The notes under the pieces are model-generated. The model saw nothing but the letters and a program-made list of their open reading frames with translations, ran no database searches and had not been told where the DNA came from. Of a DNA stretch of 64,000 nt, positions 52,007 to 64,000 are shown in pieces. The number at the start of each line of letters is the position of its first letter. The stretch's first letter is position 1. This stretch comes from Phallusia mammillata (lineage: Eukaryota), in NCBI GenBank assembly GCA_965637545.1, contig OZ281495.1:7688001-7752000 (forward strand), in the 5' to 3' direction. The translations under genes were made by a program, and so were the position numbers.

Positions 52007-54101
52007 TTACGATACACAGCAATTAATCCTAAATCGCTTTCGTTTTTTACGTTTAGGCTTTTTGCTGTCGGAAGCATCTTTCAGTGTGCCATTTTGATCT
52101 TGCTCCGGAGTAACGTCCATTGATTGAATTAGAGAATCTTTCTCGACTTTGCCTTGCGATGCCTTTTCGACATCTTTAGTAGGTTTCTCGTCTATGTGCT
52201 TATTTGCAAGGACTCTATCTTCAAGAGGAACAGTTGATTTAGGTTCTTTAGCCTGAGGTTTGGAATCTACAACTGACAGCTGTGCAATGGGCCAACTCGA
52301 TTGATTCTCGTTTCCAATCTTTGGCGTTAATGTGTCTTTTTCTTTTGTCGGTTGCTTGAGAGAATTTTTAGTTTCCAATTCCACCGCAGCAGTGGGCAGT
52401 TGACCGATTGCAGAATTTTGTTTCCTCGATTGATCAGCGATTTGTAGTCTTGATCTGTCTTGACTATTTAATCTGTTTTTCCATCTATGAGGTCGTGGCA
52501 TGACTGGCCGACTTACTTGGGGCGTCGCGGCAAAAACAAATACCTCAGTAGTTTGTAACTTTTGTGCAGACAACTTTCGTCTGCGTGGTTTTGGTGGTGG
52601 AGTTTGTGTGCTGGAATTCCGCACTTTGACGTTTTCTGCCAGTGGTAAGACGGAACGTGGAATATCTTGAAATCTGTTTAGGTTAAATTGTTTCGTAAAC
52701 TTGACAATAGGGCGAATGTAGGTGGAAATAACAGCAGAGGGCGCCGAAGCTGTATCTTGATCACAGCGTATCGGTGGTCCTCTATGAGTTTGTCCACGTT
52801 CAGACAACTGTGGTTTGCCCCATGTCACTAAGGTTGCACCTCTTAATACATCTGGGTCAACGATTGTAGATTGGTTGTGCACAGGGCATTCTGGAACACA
52901 TTGTATTTCTGTTCTCAAGCTGGTGGATGTTTTAGTCGTAGCAGCGTATGGCTTCCAGGGATCAGGCCACCTTAGAACACTTCGATACGGTTTGCTTGGT
53001 AAGGGTATAGCAGTAACTTGAACAACTTCACTTTGTTGAAGTTTATCCCCTTGAGGCTTCAATCGCGGGGTTTGGGTAGTCGAATCCCTTACAATAACAG
53101 CTGTGAGACCGATAATGAACTGCGTTTGATTGCTACTGAGTAAGTAATTGACCCGCGTCCATCCCGTGTCATTTGAAAGAACTGAATACATATTTTGCAT
53201 CCATTCCGGTTTTACTACAGAAGATATTCGAGCTTTGAAAATTATTTTCCAAACTGCTGCAATCTCTTTCCCGTAAAGACCGGATTCGATGTGGGCTGAA
53301 AGCGGGCGAATTGGACGCCCTGTTTGGAACAGCACTACATCTCTCGGGTGCAACTTTATATATCTTCTGTCAACCGTCTGTGTCAAGAACCAGCTTCCTT
53401 GATTATGACTCGCTATGATGCAACCTGTTGAGAAACATTGTTTTTCGAGTTAAATTATTATAATAATCAAATATAAATATAAATGTTAGTTTAGGGATCT
53501 GCTTCTTATTTCTGAGAATATTTTTCTAACTGTGTTGTACCTTTTATGTTTTTCTTTTCGGGAGAGGATAAAGGACTACGCCCAACTGCGTTTGTTGGAT
53601 CCTCCAAATTGGTTTCTACGTAACAAAGTGAAATACTAAATTTTGGCATACTACGAAGTAAGTGTTTTGTAAATCTTCTTAAGAAAACATACCTATAGTG
53701 GAGTTGAGCGAAACAGGAAAGTTGAAAATTCGATTTACATCTGATCCAAGATCCTATTTGGGAAATTACATGGGTTAGTTAGTTATGTATTATACAATCC
53801 CAACTGGTATGATTAAAATTCATTTGAAAACAATAACGAGTGGGTAGGCCTATAGTTTTTGTACTCTCAGTTAACGAATTAGTAAGATATGTCATCAACC
53901 CTTGATTACCTGCATCGATAAGGACCAAACTCTTAGGTCAAGACACCTGTAAAAAGCACAGTTACAGATTAATGCATCATTAACCAGCAACACACTTTCT
54001 GCTATCTCTTACCTCTCTTTCTCTAACCGCACTGTAGGTACAGGTATAAAAATGCCCTCCTCGTTGCCACATTTTGTCCAATACGGATATAAATTCGCCA
54101 T
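52007..54101 (-). CDS. Copy 16, intact, R136S variant (ORF numbering), with divergent introns
   Basis: ORF 52007-53386 reads PYRSVL; A at 52979. A net 1-bp deletion in intron 1 moves the ATG to 54101. Splice dinucleotides are intact. Confidence 0.85.
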
Positions 54102-55604
54102 TTTGACAGAGCATATAAATGCACGTCTGGTTTTTGTTTCCATTTTCAGAAAAATACTCAAAAAGTTAAAAGTTACCATGAAACCGATTATTAGGTAGGA
54201 GGCAGTGTGACGTCACATTGCCGCATTTATGACAAATTTTGGCTGACAAATGTTTGCAAGCATCAGTTTGTTGTGTGTTAAGTACTGGCATTAGAGCAGT
54301 GGTTCTTAACCTGGGAACTCCAGGGATTCGGCAACGCTGATTCAGGGGTTCGACGAAGGTCCTTTGAAGTATAGAAATATTCGTTTTCGTCAAACTTTAC
54401 GGATCTTTTGTCGCTTATAAGTAGCATTTTTTTTTGCTAAATAGAAAAACACTGTACGTTTGTAACTAGGGTTTTGTATCTTTTTTGACGGAACAAAGAA
54501 CATTGTGTGCATTGTTCGTAGGCAGCAAAAACCAATTACTTCATGTTTCTATACAGTTACCAAAAATACACTGCCTAATTTTGATAAAATACTGAAACAC
54601 GCCGGAATCAAAGCAATCCTAAAACAAGATGCTCGTATTGTGATGTCAGAACTGTGTTACCATTAAGTTTAGTGAAAAGCCGGTTATTGCGCGCATCTGC
54701 CGAGTTCCGCCGCGCGATTTCAACTTGCCATCTCTACGGACGACGAATTATGACGAGATTGGGTTCTTCCAGATTTCTATTTTCAGTGAAACGGGGTTTC
54801 ACCGCACGGTGCTGCACCGTTTCACTTGCGCACGGCCGTCAGTGTAATTAATTTCCTTTTCGTTTTGTGAATTCCAAGTCTGTAAAAGACATCAACTCTT
54901 AACCTAAAATATCAACAATATCTTACGTACGTGATACCGTTAACTCTTGAGAAATAATGATTCCACAGCACTGTTGCCAATTTATCATTTTTTAGCACTA
55001 CATTTGACATGTTGTCAAGTTATTTAGCATTACAAATGACATCTAGCAACAAGAGTCAGAAGTTATGCGAATTGGATTCGAATAAATACTGCGCATATTA
55101 TGGATCTCAGTCAAATAGTAACAAGAATTTCTACAAAAAAAGCCCGAGTGTATTTTTTATTACGATACAAAGACACAGGATAAAAAATGATGCAAAAAGG
55201 AAAAAAAAGAGCAAAACAGCAGTGGTGAGATAGTAATACAACAAGAAAAATCATTTTTTCCTTGTTTGGAAATTGTAGTGTTTGAAAAAAATCCAGTTGA
55301 ATCGGGTCAGAGCCTTCTAACTCGTCAAGGCAGCCTGTGACGAACAAGTTCCGTTGAATCCGTTTACGATACACAGCAATTAATCCTAAATCGCTTTCGT
55401 TTTTTACGTTTAGGCTTTTTGCTGTCGGAAGCATCTTTCAGTGTGCCATTTTGATCTTGCTCCGGAGTAACGTCCATTGATTGAATTAGAGAATCTTTCT
55501 CGACTTTGCCTTGCGATGCCTTTTCGACATCTTTAGTAGGTTTCTCGTCTATGTGCTTATTTGCAAGGACTCTATCTTCAAGAGGAACAGTTGATTTAGG
55601 TTCT

Positions 55605-57460
55605 TTAGCCTGAGGTTTGGAATCTACAACTGACAGCTGTGCAATGGGCCAACTCGATTGATTCTCGTTTCCAATCTTTGGCGTTAATGTGTCTTTTTCT
55701 TTTGTCGGTTTGCTTGAGAGAATTTTTAGTTTCCAATTCCACCGCAGCAGTGGGCAGTTGACCGATTGCAGAATTTTGTTTCCTCGATTGATCAGCGATT
55801 TGTAGTCTTGATCTGTCTTGACTATTTAATCTGTTTTTCCATCTATGAGGTCGTGGCATGACTGGCCGACTTACTTGGGGCGTCGCGGCAAAAACAAATA
55901 CCTCAGTAGTTTGTAACTTTTGTGCAGACAACTTTCGTCTGCGTGGTTTTGGTGGTGGAGTTTGTGTGCTGGAATTCCGCACTTTGACGTTTTCTGCCAG
56001 TGGTAAGACGGAACGTGGAATATCTTGAAATCTGTTTAGGTTAAATTGTTTCGTAAACTTGACAATAGGGCGAATGTAGGTGGAAATAACAGCAGAGGGC
56101 GCCGAAGCTGTATCTTGATCACAGCGTATCGGTGGTCCTCTATGAGTTTGTCCACGTTCAGACAACTGTGGTTTGCCCCATGTCACTAAGGTTGCACCTC
56201 TTAATACATCTGGGTCAACGATTGTAGATTGGTTGTGCACAGGGCATTCTGGAACACATTGTATTTCTGTTCTCAAGCTGGTGGATGTTTTAGTCGTAGC
56301 AGCGTATGGCTTCCAGGGATCAGGCCACCTTAGAACCCTTCGATACGGTTTGCTTGGTAAGGGTATAGCAGTAACTTGAACAACTTCACTTTGTTGAAGT
56401 TTATCCCCTTGAGGCTTCAATCGCGGGGTTTGGGTAGTCGAATCCCTTACAATAACAGCTGTGAGACCGATAATGAACTGCGTTTGATTGCTACTGAGTA
56501 AGTAATTGACCCGCGTCCATCCCGTGTCATTTGAAAGAACTGAATACATATTTTGCATCCATTCCGGTTTTACTACAGAAGATATTCGAGCTTTGAAAAT
56601 TATTTTCCAAACTGCTGCAATCTCTTTCCCGTAAAGACCGGATTCGATGTGGGCTGAAAGCGGGCGAATTGGACGCCCTGTTTGGAACAGCACTACATCT
56701 CTCGGGTGCAACTTTATATATCTTCTGTCAACCGTCTGTGTCAAGAACCAGCTTCCTTGATTATGACTCGCTATGATGCAACCTGTTGAGAAACATTGTT
56801 TTTCGAGTTAAATTATTATAATAATCAAATATAAATATAAATGTTAGTTTAGGGATCTGCTTCTTATTTCTGAGAATATTTTTCTAACTGTGTTGTACCT
56901 TTTATGTTTTTCTTTTCGGGAGAGGATAAAGGACTACGCCCAACTGCGTTTGTTGGATCCTCCAAATTGGTTTCTATGTAACAAAGTGAAATACTAAATT
57001 TTGGCATACTACGAAGTAAGTGTTTTGTAAATCTTCTTAAGAAAACATACCTATAGTGGAGTTGAGCGAAACAGGAAAGTTGAAAATTCGATTTACATCT
57101 GATCCAAGATCCTATATGGGAAATTACATGGGTTAGTTAGTTATGTATTATACAATCCCAACTGGCATGATTAAAATTCATTTGAAAACATTAACGAGTG
57201 GGTAGGCCTATACTTTTTGTACTCTCAGTTAACGAATTAGTAAGATATGTCATCAACCCTTGATTACCTGCATCGATAAGGACCAAACTCTTAGGTCAAG
57301 ACACCTGTAAAAAGCACAGTTGCAGATTAATGCATACATTACCCAACAACACACTTTCTGCTATCTCTTACCTCTCTTTCTCTAACCGCACTGTAGGTAC
57401 AGGTATAAAAATGCCCTCCTCGTTGCCACATTTTGTCCAATACGGATATAAATTCGCCAT
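55605..57460 (-). pseudogene. Copy 17, same +1 frameshift as copy 14 (extra T at 55709-55711)
   Basis: 379-aa ORF at 55605-56744 is identical to the one at 45600-46739. Confidence 0.7.
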
Positions 57461-58688
57461 TTTGACAGAGCATATAAATGCACGTCTGGTTTTTATTTCC
57501 ATTTTCAGAAAAATACTCAAAAAGTTAAAAGTTACCATGAAACCGATTATTAGGTAGGAGGCAGTGTGACGTCACATTGCCGCATTTATGACAAATTTTG
57601 GCTGACAAATGTTTGCAAGCATCAGTTTGTTGTGTGTTAAGTACTGGCATTAGAGCAGTGGTTCTTAACCTGGGAACTCCAGGGATTCGGCAACGCTGAT
57701 TCAGGGGTTCGACGAAGGTCCTTTGAAGTATAGAAATATTCGTTTTCGTCAAACTTTACGGATCTTTTGTCGCTTATAAGTAGCATTTTTTTTTGCTAAA
57801 TAGAAAAACACTGTACGTTTGTAACTAGGGTTTTGTATCTTTTTTGACGGAACAAAGAACATTGTGTGAATTGTTCGTAGGCAGCAAAAACTAATTACTT
57901 CATGTTTCTATGAAGTTACTAAAAATACGGAATCAAGGCAATCCTGAAACAAGATGCTCGTATTGTGATGTCAGAACTGTGTTACCATTAAGTTTAGTGA
58001 AAAGCCGGTTATTGCGCGCATCTGCCGAGTTCCGCCGCGCGATTTCAACTTGCCATCTCTACGGACGACGAATTATGACGAGATTGGGTTCTTCCAGATT
58101 TCTATTTTCAGTGAAACGGGGTTTCACCGCACGGTGCTGCACCGTTTCACTTGCGCACGGCCGTCAGTGTAATTAATTTCCTTTTCGTTTTGTGAATTCC
58201 AAGTCTGTAAAAGACATCAACTCTTAACCTAAAATATCAACAATATCTTACGTACGTGATACCGTTAACTCTTGAGAAATAATGATTCCACAGCACTGTT
58301 GCCAATTTATCATTTTTTAGCACTACATTTGACATGTTGTCAAGTTATTTAGCATTACAAATGACATCTAGCAACAAGAGTCAGAAGTTATGCGAATTGG
58401 ATTCGAATAAATACTGCGCATATTATGGATCTCAGTCAAATAGTAACAAGAATTTCTACAAAAAAAGCCCGAGTGTATTTTTTATTACGATACAAAGACA
58501 CAGGATAAAAAATGATGCAAAAAGGAAAAAAAAGAGCAAAACAGCAGTGGTGAGATAGTAATACAACAAGAAAAATCATTTTTTCCTTGTTTGGAAATTG
58601 TAGTGTTTGAAAAAAATCCAGTTGAATCGGGTCAGAGCCTTCTAACTCGTCAAGGCAGCCTGTGACGAACAAGTTCCGTTGAATCCGT

Positions 58689-60784
58689 TTACGATACACA
58701 GCAATTAATCCTAAATCGCTTTCGTTTTTTACGTTTAGGCTTTTTGCTGTCGGAAGCATCTTTCAGTGTGCCATTTTGATCTTGCTCCGGAGTAACGTCC
58801 ATTGATTGAATTAGAGAATCTTTCTCGACTTTGCCTTGCGATGCCTTTTCGACATCTTTAGTAGGTTTCTCGTCTATGTGCTTATTTGCAAGGACTCTAT
58901 CTTCAAGAGGAACAGTTGATTTAGGTTCTTTAGCCTGAGGTTTGGAATCTACAACTGACAGCTGTGCAATGGGCCAACTCGATTGATTCTCGTTTCCAAT
59001 CTTTGGCGTTAATGTGTCTTTTTCTTTTGTCGGTTGCTTGAGAGAATTTTTAGTTTCCAATTCCACCGCAGCAGTGGGCAGTTGACCGATTGCAGAATGT
59101 TGTTTCCTCGATTGATCAGCGATTTGTAGTCTTGATCTGTCTTGACTATTTAATCTGTTTTTCCATCTATGAGGTCGTGGCATGACTGGCCGACTTACTT
59201 GGGGCGTCGCGGCAAAAACAAATACCTCAGTAGTTTGTAACTTTTGTGCAGACAACTTTCGTCTGCGTGGTTTTGGTGGTGGAGTTTGTGTGCTGGAATT
59301 CCGCACTTTGACGTTTTCTGCCAGTGGTAAGACGGAACGTGGAATATCTTGAAATCTGTTTAGGTTAAATTGTTTCGTAAACTTGACAATAGGGCGAATG
59401 TAGGTGGAAATAACAGCAGAGGGCGCCGAAGCTGTATCTTGATCACAGCGTATCGGTGGTCCTCTATGAGTTTGTCCACGTTCAGACAACTGTGGTTTGC
59501 CCCATGTCACTAAGGTTGCACCTCTTAATACATCTGGGTCAACGATTGTAGATTGGTTGTGCACAGGGCATTCTGGAACACATTGTATTTCTGTTCTCAA
59601 GCTGGTGGATGTTTTAGTCGTAGCAGCGTATGGCTTCCAGGGATCAGGCCACCTTAGAACCCTTCGATACGGTTTGCTTGGTAAGGGTATAGCAGTAACT
59701 TGAACAACTTCACTTTGTTGAAGTTTATCCCCTTGAGGCTTCAATCGCGGGGTTTGGGTAGTCGAATCCCTTACAATAACAGCTGTGAGACCGATAATGA
59801 ACTGCGTTTGATTGCTACTGAGTAAGTAATTGACCCGCGTCCATCCCGTGTCATTTGAAAGAACTGAATACATATTTTGCATCCATTCCGGTTTTACTAC
59901 AGAAGATATTCGAGCTTTGAAAATTATTTTCCAAACTGCTGCAATCTCTTTCCCGTAAAGACCGGATTCGATGTGGGCTGAAAGCGGGCGAATTGGACGC
60001 CCTGTTTGGAACAGCACTACATCTCTCGGGTGCAACTTTATATATCTTCTGTCAACCGTCTGTGTCAAGAACCAGCTTCCTTGATTATGACTCGCTATGA
60101 TGCAACCTGTTGAGAAACATTGTTTTTCGAGTTAAATTATCATAATAATCAAATATAAATATAAATGTTAGTTTAGGGATCTGCTTCTTATTTCTGAGAA
60201 TATTTTTCTAACTGTGTTGTACCTTTTATGTTTTTCTTTTCGGGAGAGGATAAAGGACTACGCCCAACTGCGTTTGTTGGATCCTCCAAATTGGTTTCTA
60301 TGTAACAAAGTGAAATACTAAATTTTGGCATACTACGAAGTAAGTGTTTTGTAAATCTTCTTAAGAAAACATACCTATAGTGGAGTTGAGCGAAACAGGA
60401 AAGTTGAAAATTCGATTTACATCTGATCCAAGATCCTATATGGGAAATTACATGGGTTAGTTAGTTATGTATTATACAATCCCAACTGGTATGATTAAAA
60501 TTCATTTGAAAACAATAACGAGTGGGTAGGCCTATAGTTTTTGTACTCTCAGTTAACGAATTAGTAAGATATGTCATCAACCCTTGATTACCTGCATCGA
60601 TAAGGACCAAACTCTTAGGTCAAGACACCTGTAAAAAGCACAGTTGCAGATTAATGCATACATTACCCAACAACACACTTTCTGCTGTCTCTTACCTCTC
60701 TTTCTCTAACCGCACTGTAGGTACAGGTATAAAAATGCCCTCCTCGTTGCCACATTTTGTCCAATACGGATATAAATTCGCCAT
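58689..60784 (-). CDS. Copy 18, intact, N324H variant
   Basis: ORF 58689-60068; G at 59099 (49094+10005). Confidence 0.85.
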
Positions 60785-62011
60785 TTTGACAGAGCATATA
60801 AATGCACGTCTGGTTTTTATTTCCATTTTCAGAAAAATACTCAAAAAGTTAAAAGTTACCATGAAACCGATTATTAGGTAGGAGGCAGTGTGACGTCACA
60901 TTGCCGCATTTATGACAAATTTTGGCTGACAAATGTTTGCAAGCATCAGTTTGTTGTGTGTTAAGTACTGGCATTAGAGCAGTGGTTCTTAACCTGGGAA
61001 CTCCAGGGATTCGGCAACGCTGATTCAGGGGTTCGACGAAGGTCCTTTGAAGTATAGAAATATTCGTTTTCGTCAAACTTTACGGATCTTTTGTCGCTTA
61101 TAAGTAGCATTTTTTTTGCTAAATAGAAAAACACTGTACGTTTGTAACTAGGGTTTTGTATCTTTTTTGACGGAACAAAGAACATTGTGTGAATTGTTCG
61201 TAGGCAGCAAAAACTAATTACTTCATGTTTCTATGAAGTTACTAAAAATACGGAATCAAGGCAATCCTGAAACAAGATGCTCGTATTGTGATGTCAGAAC
61301 TGTGTTACCATTAAGTTTAGTGAAAAGCCGGTTATTGCGCGCATCTGCCGAGTTCCGCCGCGCGATTTCAACTTGCCATCTCTACGGACGACGAATTATG
61401 ACGAGATTGGGTTCTTCCAGATTTCTATTTTCAGTGAAACGGGGTTTCACCGCACGGTGCTGCACCGTTTCACTTGCGCACGGCCGTCAGTGTAATTAAT
61501 TTCCTTTTCGTTTTGTGAATTCCAAGTCTGTAAAAGACATCAACTCTTAACCTAAAATATCAACAATATCTTACGTACGTGATACCGTTAACTCTTGAGA
61601 AATAATGATTCCACGGCACTGTTGCCAATTTATCATTTTTTAGCACTACATTTGACATGTTGTCAAGTTATTTAGCATTACAAATGACATCTAGCAACAA
61701 GAGTCAGAAGTTATGCGAATTGGATTCGAATAAATACTGCGCATATTATGGATCTCAGTCAAATAGTAACAAGAATTTCTACAAAAAAAGCCTAAGTGTA
61801 TTTTTTATTACGATACAAAGACACAGGATAAAAAATGATGCAAAAAGGAAAAAAAAGAGCAAAACAGCAGTGGTGAGATAGTAATACAACAAGGAAAATC
61901 ATTTTTTCCTTGTTTGGAAATTGTAGTGTTTGAAAAAAATCCAGTTGAATCGGGTCAGAGCCTTCTAACTCGTCAAGGCAGCCTGTGACGAACAAGTTCC
62001 GTTGAATCCGT

Positions 62012-63951
62012 TTACGATACACAGCAATTAATCCTAAATCGCTTTCGTTTTTTACGTTTAGGCTTTTTGCTGTCGGAAGCATCTTTCAGTGTGCCATTTT
62101 GATCTTGCTCCGGAGTAACGTCCATTGATTGAATTAGAGAATCTTTCTCGACTTTGCCTTGCGATGCCTTTTCGACATCTTTAGTAGGTTTCTCGTCTAT
62201 GTGCTTATTTGCAAGGACTCTATCTTCAAGAGGAACAGTTGATTTAGGTTCTTTAGCCTGAGGTTTGGAATCTACAACTGACAGCTGTGCAATGGGCCAA
62301 CTCGATTGATTCTCGTTTCCAATCTTTGGCGTTAATGTGTCTTTTTCTTTTGTCGGTTGCTTGAGAGAATTTTTAGTTTCCAATTCCACCGCAGCAGTGG
62401 GCAGTTGACCGATTGCAGAATTTTGTTTCCTCGATTGATCAGCGATTTGTAGTCTTGATCTGTCTTGACTATTTAATCTGTTTTTCCATCTATGAGGTCG
62501 TGGCATGACTGGCCGACTTACTTGGGGCGTCGCGGCAAAAACAAATACCTCAGTAGTTTGTAACTTTTGTGCAGACAACTTTCGTCTGCGTGGTTTTGGT
62601 GGTGGAGTTTGTGTGCTGGAATTCCGCACTTTGACGTTTTCTGCCAGTGGTAAGACGGAACGTGGAATATCTTGAAATCTGTTTAGGTTAAATTGTTTCG
62701 TAAACTTGACAATAGGGCGAATGTAGGTGGAAATAACAGCAGAGGGCGCCGAAGCTGTATCTTGATCACAGCGTATCGGTGGTCCTCTATGAGTTTGTCC
62801 ACGTTCAGACAACTGTGGTTTGCCCCATGTCACTAAGGTTGCACCTCTTAATACATCTGGGTCAACGATTGTAGATTGGTTGTGCACAGGGCATTCTGGA
62901 ACACATTGTATTTCTGTTCTCAAGCTGGTGGATGTTTTAGTCGTAGCAGCGTATGGCTTCCAGGGATCAGGCCACCTTAGAACACTTCGATACGGTTTGC
63001 TTGGTAAGGGTATAGCAGTAACTTGAACAACTTCACTTTGTTGAAGTTTATCCCCTTGAGGCTTCAATCGCGGGGTTTGGGTAGTCGAATCCCTTACAAT
63101 AACAGCTGTGAGACCGATAATGAACTGCGTTTGATTGCTACTGAGTAAGTAATTGACCCGCGTCCATCCCGTGTCATTTGAAAGAACTGAATACATATTT
63201 TGCATCCATTCCGGTTTTACTACAGAAGATATTCGAGCTTTGAAAATTATTTTCCAAACTGCTGCAATCTCTTTCCCGTAAAGACCGGATTCGATGTGGG
63301 CTGAAAGCGGGCGAATTGGACGCCCTGTTTGGAACAGCACTACATCTCTCGGGTGCAACTTTATATATCTTCTGTCAACCGTCTGTGTCAAGAACCAGCT
63401 TCCTTGATTATGACTCGCTATGATGCAACCTGTTGAGAAACATTGTTTTTCGAGTTAAATTATTATAATAATCAAATATAAATATAAATGTTAGTTTAGG
63501 GATCTGCTTCTTATTTCTGAGAATATTTTTCTAACTGTGTTGTACCTTTTATGTTTTTCTTTTCGGGAGAGGATAAAGGACTACGCCCAACTGCGTTTGT
63601 TGGATCCTCCAAATTGGTTTCTACGTAACAAAGTGAAATACTAAATTTTGGCATACTACGAAGTAAGTGTTTTGTAAATCTTCTTAAGAAAACATACCTA
63701 TAGTGGAGTTGAGCGAAACAGGAAAGTTGAAAATTCGATTTACATCTGATCCAAGATCCTATTTGGGAAATTACATGGGTTAGTTAGTTATGTATTATAC
63801 AATCCCAACTGGTATGATTAAAATTCATTTGAAAACAATAACGAGTGGGTAGGCCTATAGTTTTTGTACTCTCAGTTAACGAATTAGTAAGATATGTCAT
63901 CAACCCTTGATTACCTGCATCGATAAGGACCAAACTCTTAGGTCAAGACAC
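62012..63951 (-). CDS. Copy 19, exons 2-5 intact, R136S variant; exon 1 lies beyond the window end
   Basis: ORF 62012-63391; A at 62984 (52979+10005); exon 2 at 63915-63951. Confidence 0.8.
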
Positions 63952-64000
63952 CTGTAAAAAGCACAGTTACAGATTAATGCATCATTAACCAGCAACACAC

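Larger units (their letters stand above)
1..64000. repeat. Head-to-tail macrosatellite / ampliconic gene array, 3,323-bp unit, about 19 units visible, running off both window ends
   Basis: The anchor ATACTAAATTTTGGCATACTACG recurs at 1, 3324, 6647, 9970, 13292, 16615, 19938, 23261, 26584, 29907, 33693, 37016, 40339, 43662, 46986, 50310, 53633, 56991, 60315 and 63638. The ORF track repeats with the same period and copies differ by only a few bases. Confidence 0.99.
44617..64000. repeat. 10,005-bp higher-order repeat of three monomers (44617-54621, repeated from 54622 to beyond the window)
   Basis: Private variants recur at exactly +10,005: 45704/55709, 49094/59099, 52979/62984. The same holds for the T9 tract, the CCTAAG and CCACGG changes and the divergent intron block at 53633/63638. 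Confidence 0.92.

Noticed and set aside
1-64000. CRISPR array or prokaryotic/phage system
   Set aside because: The repeats are kilobase-scale with no unique spacers, and there are no cas-like or operon-like ORFs.

Overview
The whole window is a eukaryotic, AT-rich, head-to-tail macrosatellite with a 3,323-bp unit. It holds about 19 near-identical units (starts at 1, 3324, 6647, 9970, 13292, 16615, 19938, 23261, 26584, 29907, 33693, 37016, 40339, 43662, 46986, 50310, 53633, 56991, 60315, 63638) and is interrupted by a 200-N gap at 32763-32962. The 459-aa minus-strand ORF in the track starts at TTG and appears to be only the tail of a spliced gene. By hand I reconstructed a 5-exon minus-strand gene with GT-AG introns of 67, 156, 77 and 116 nt, matching phases and a CAAAATGG start; its 1,680-nt CDS gives 559 aa. 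The protein matches no family I recognise. It has a degenerate internal duplication with TQT motifs and ends in a polybasic tract plus CCVS (CaaX-like). Each unit also carries a CRE palindrome, a CPE-like element and AATAAA, one end of a hAT-type MITE, and a GC-rich palindrome cluster. From about 44.6 kb the array forms a 10,005-bp three-monomer higher-order repeat in which one copy in three is frameshifted and loses the CaaX tail. No transcript, database or read evidence was available, so function and organism are inference.
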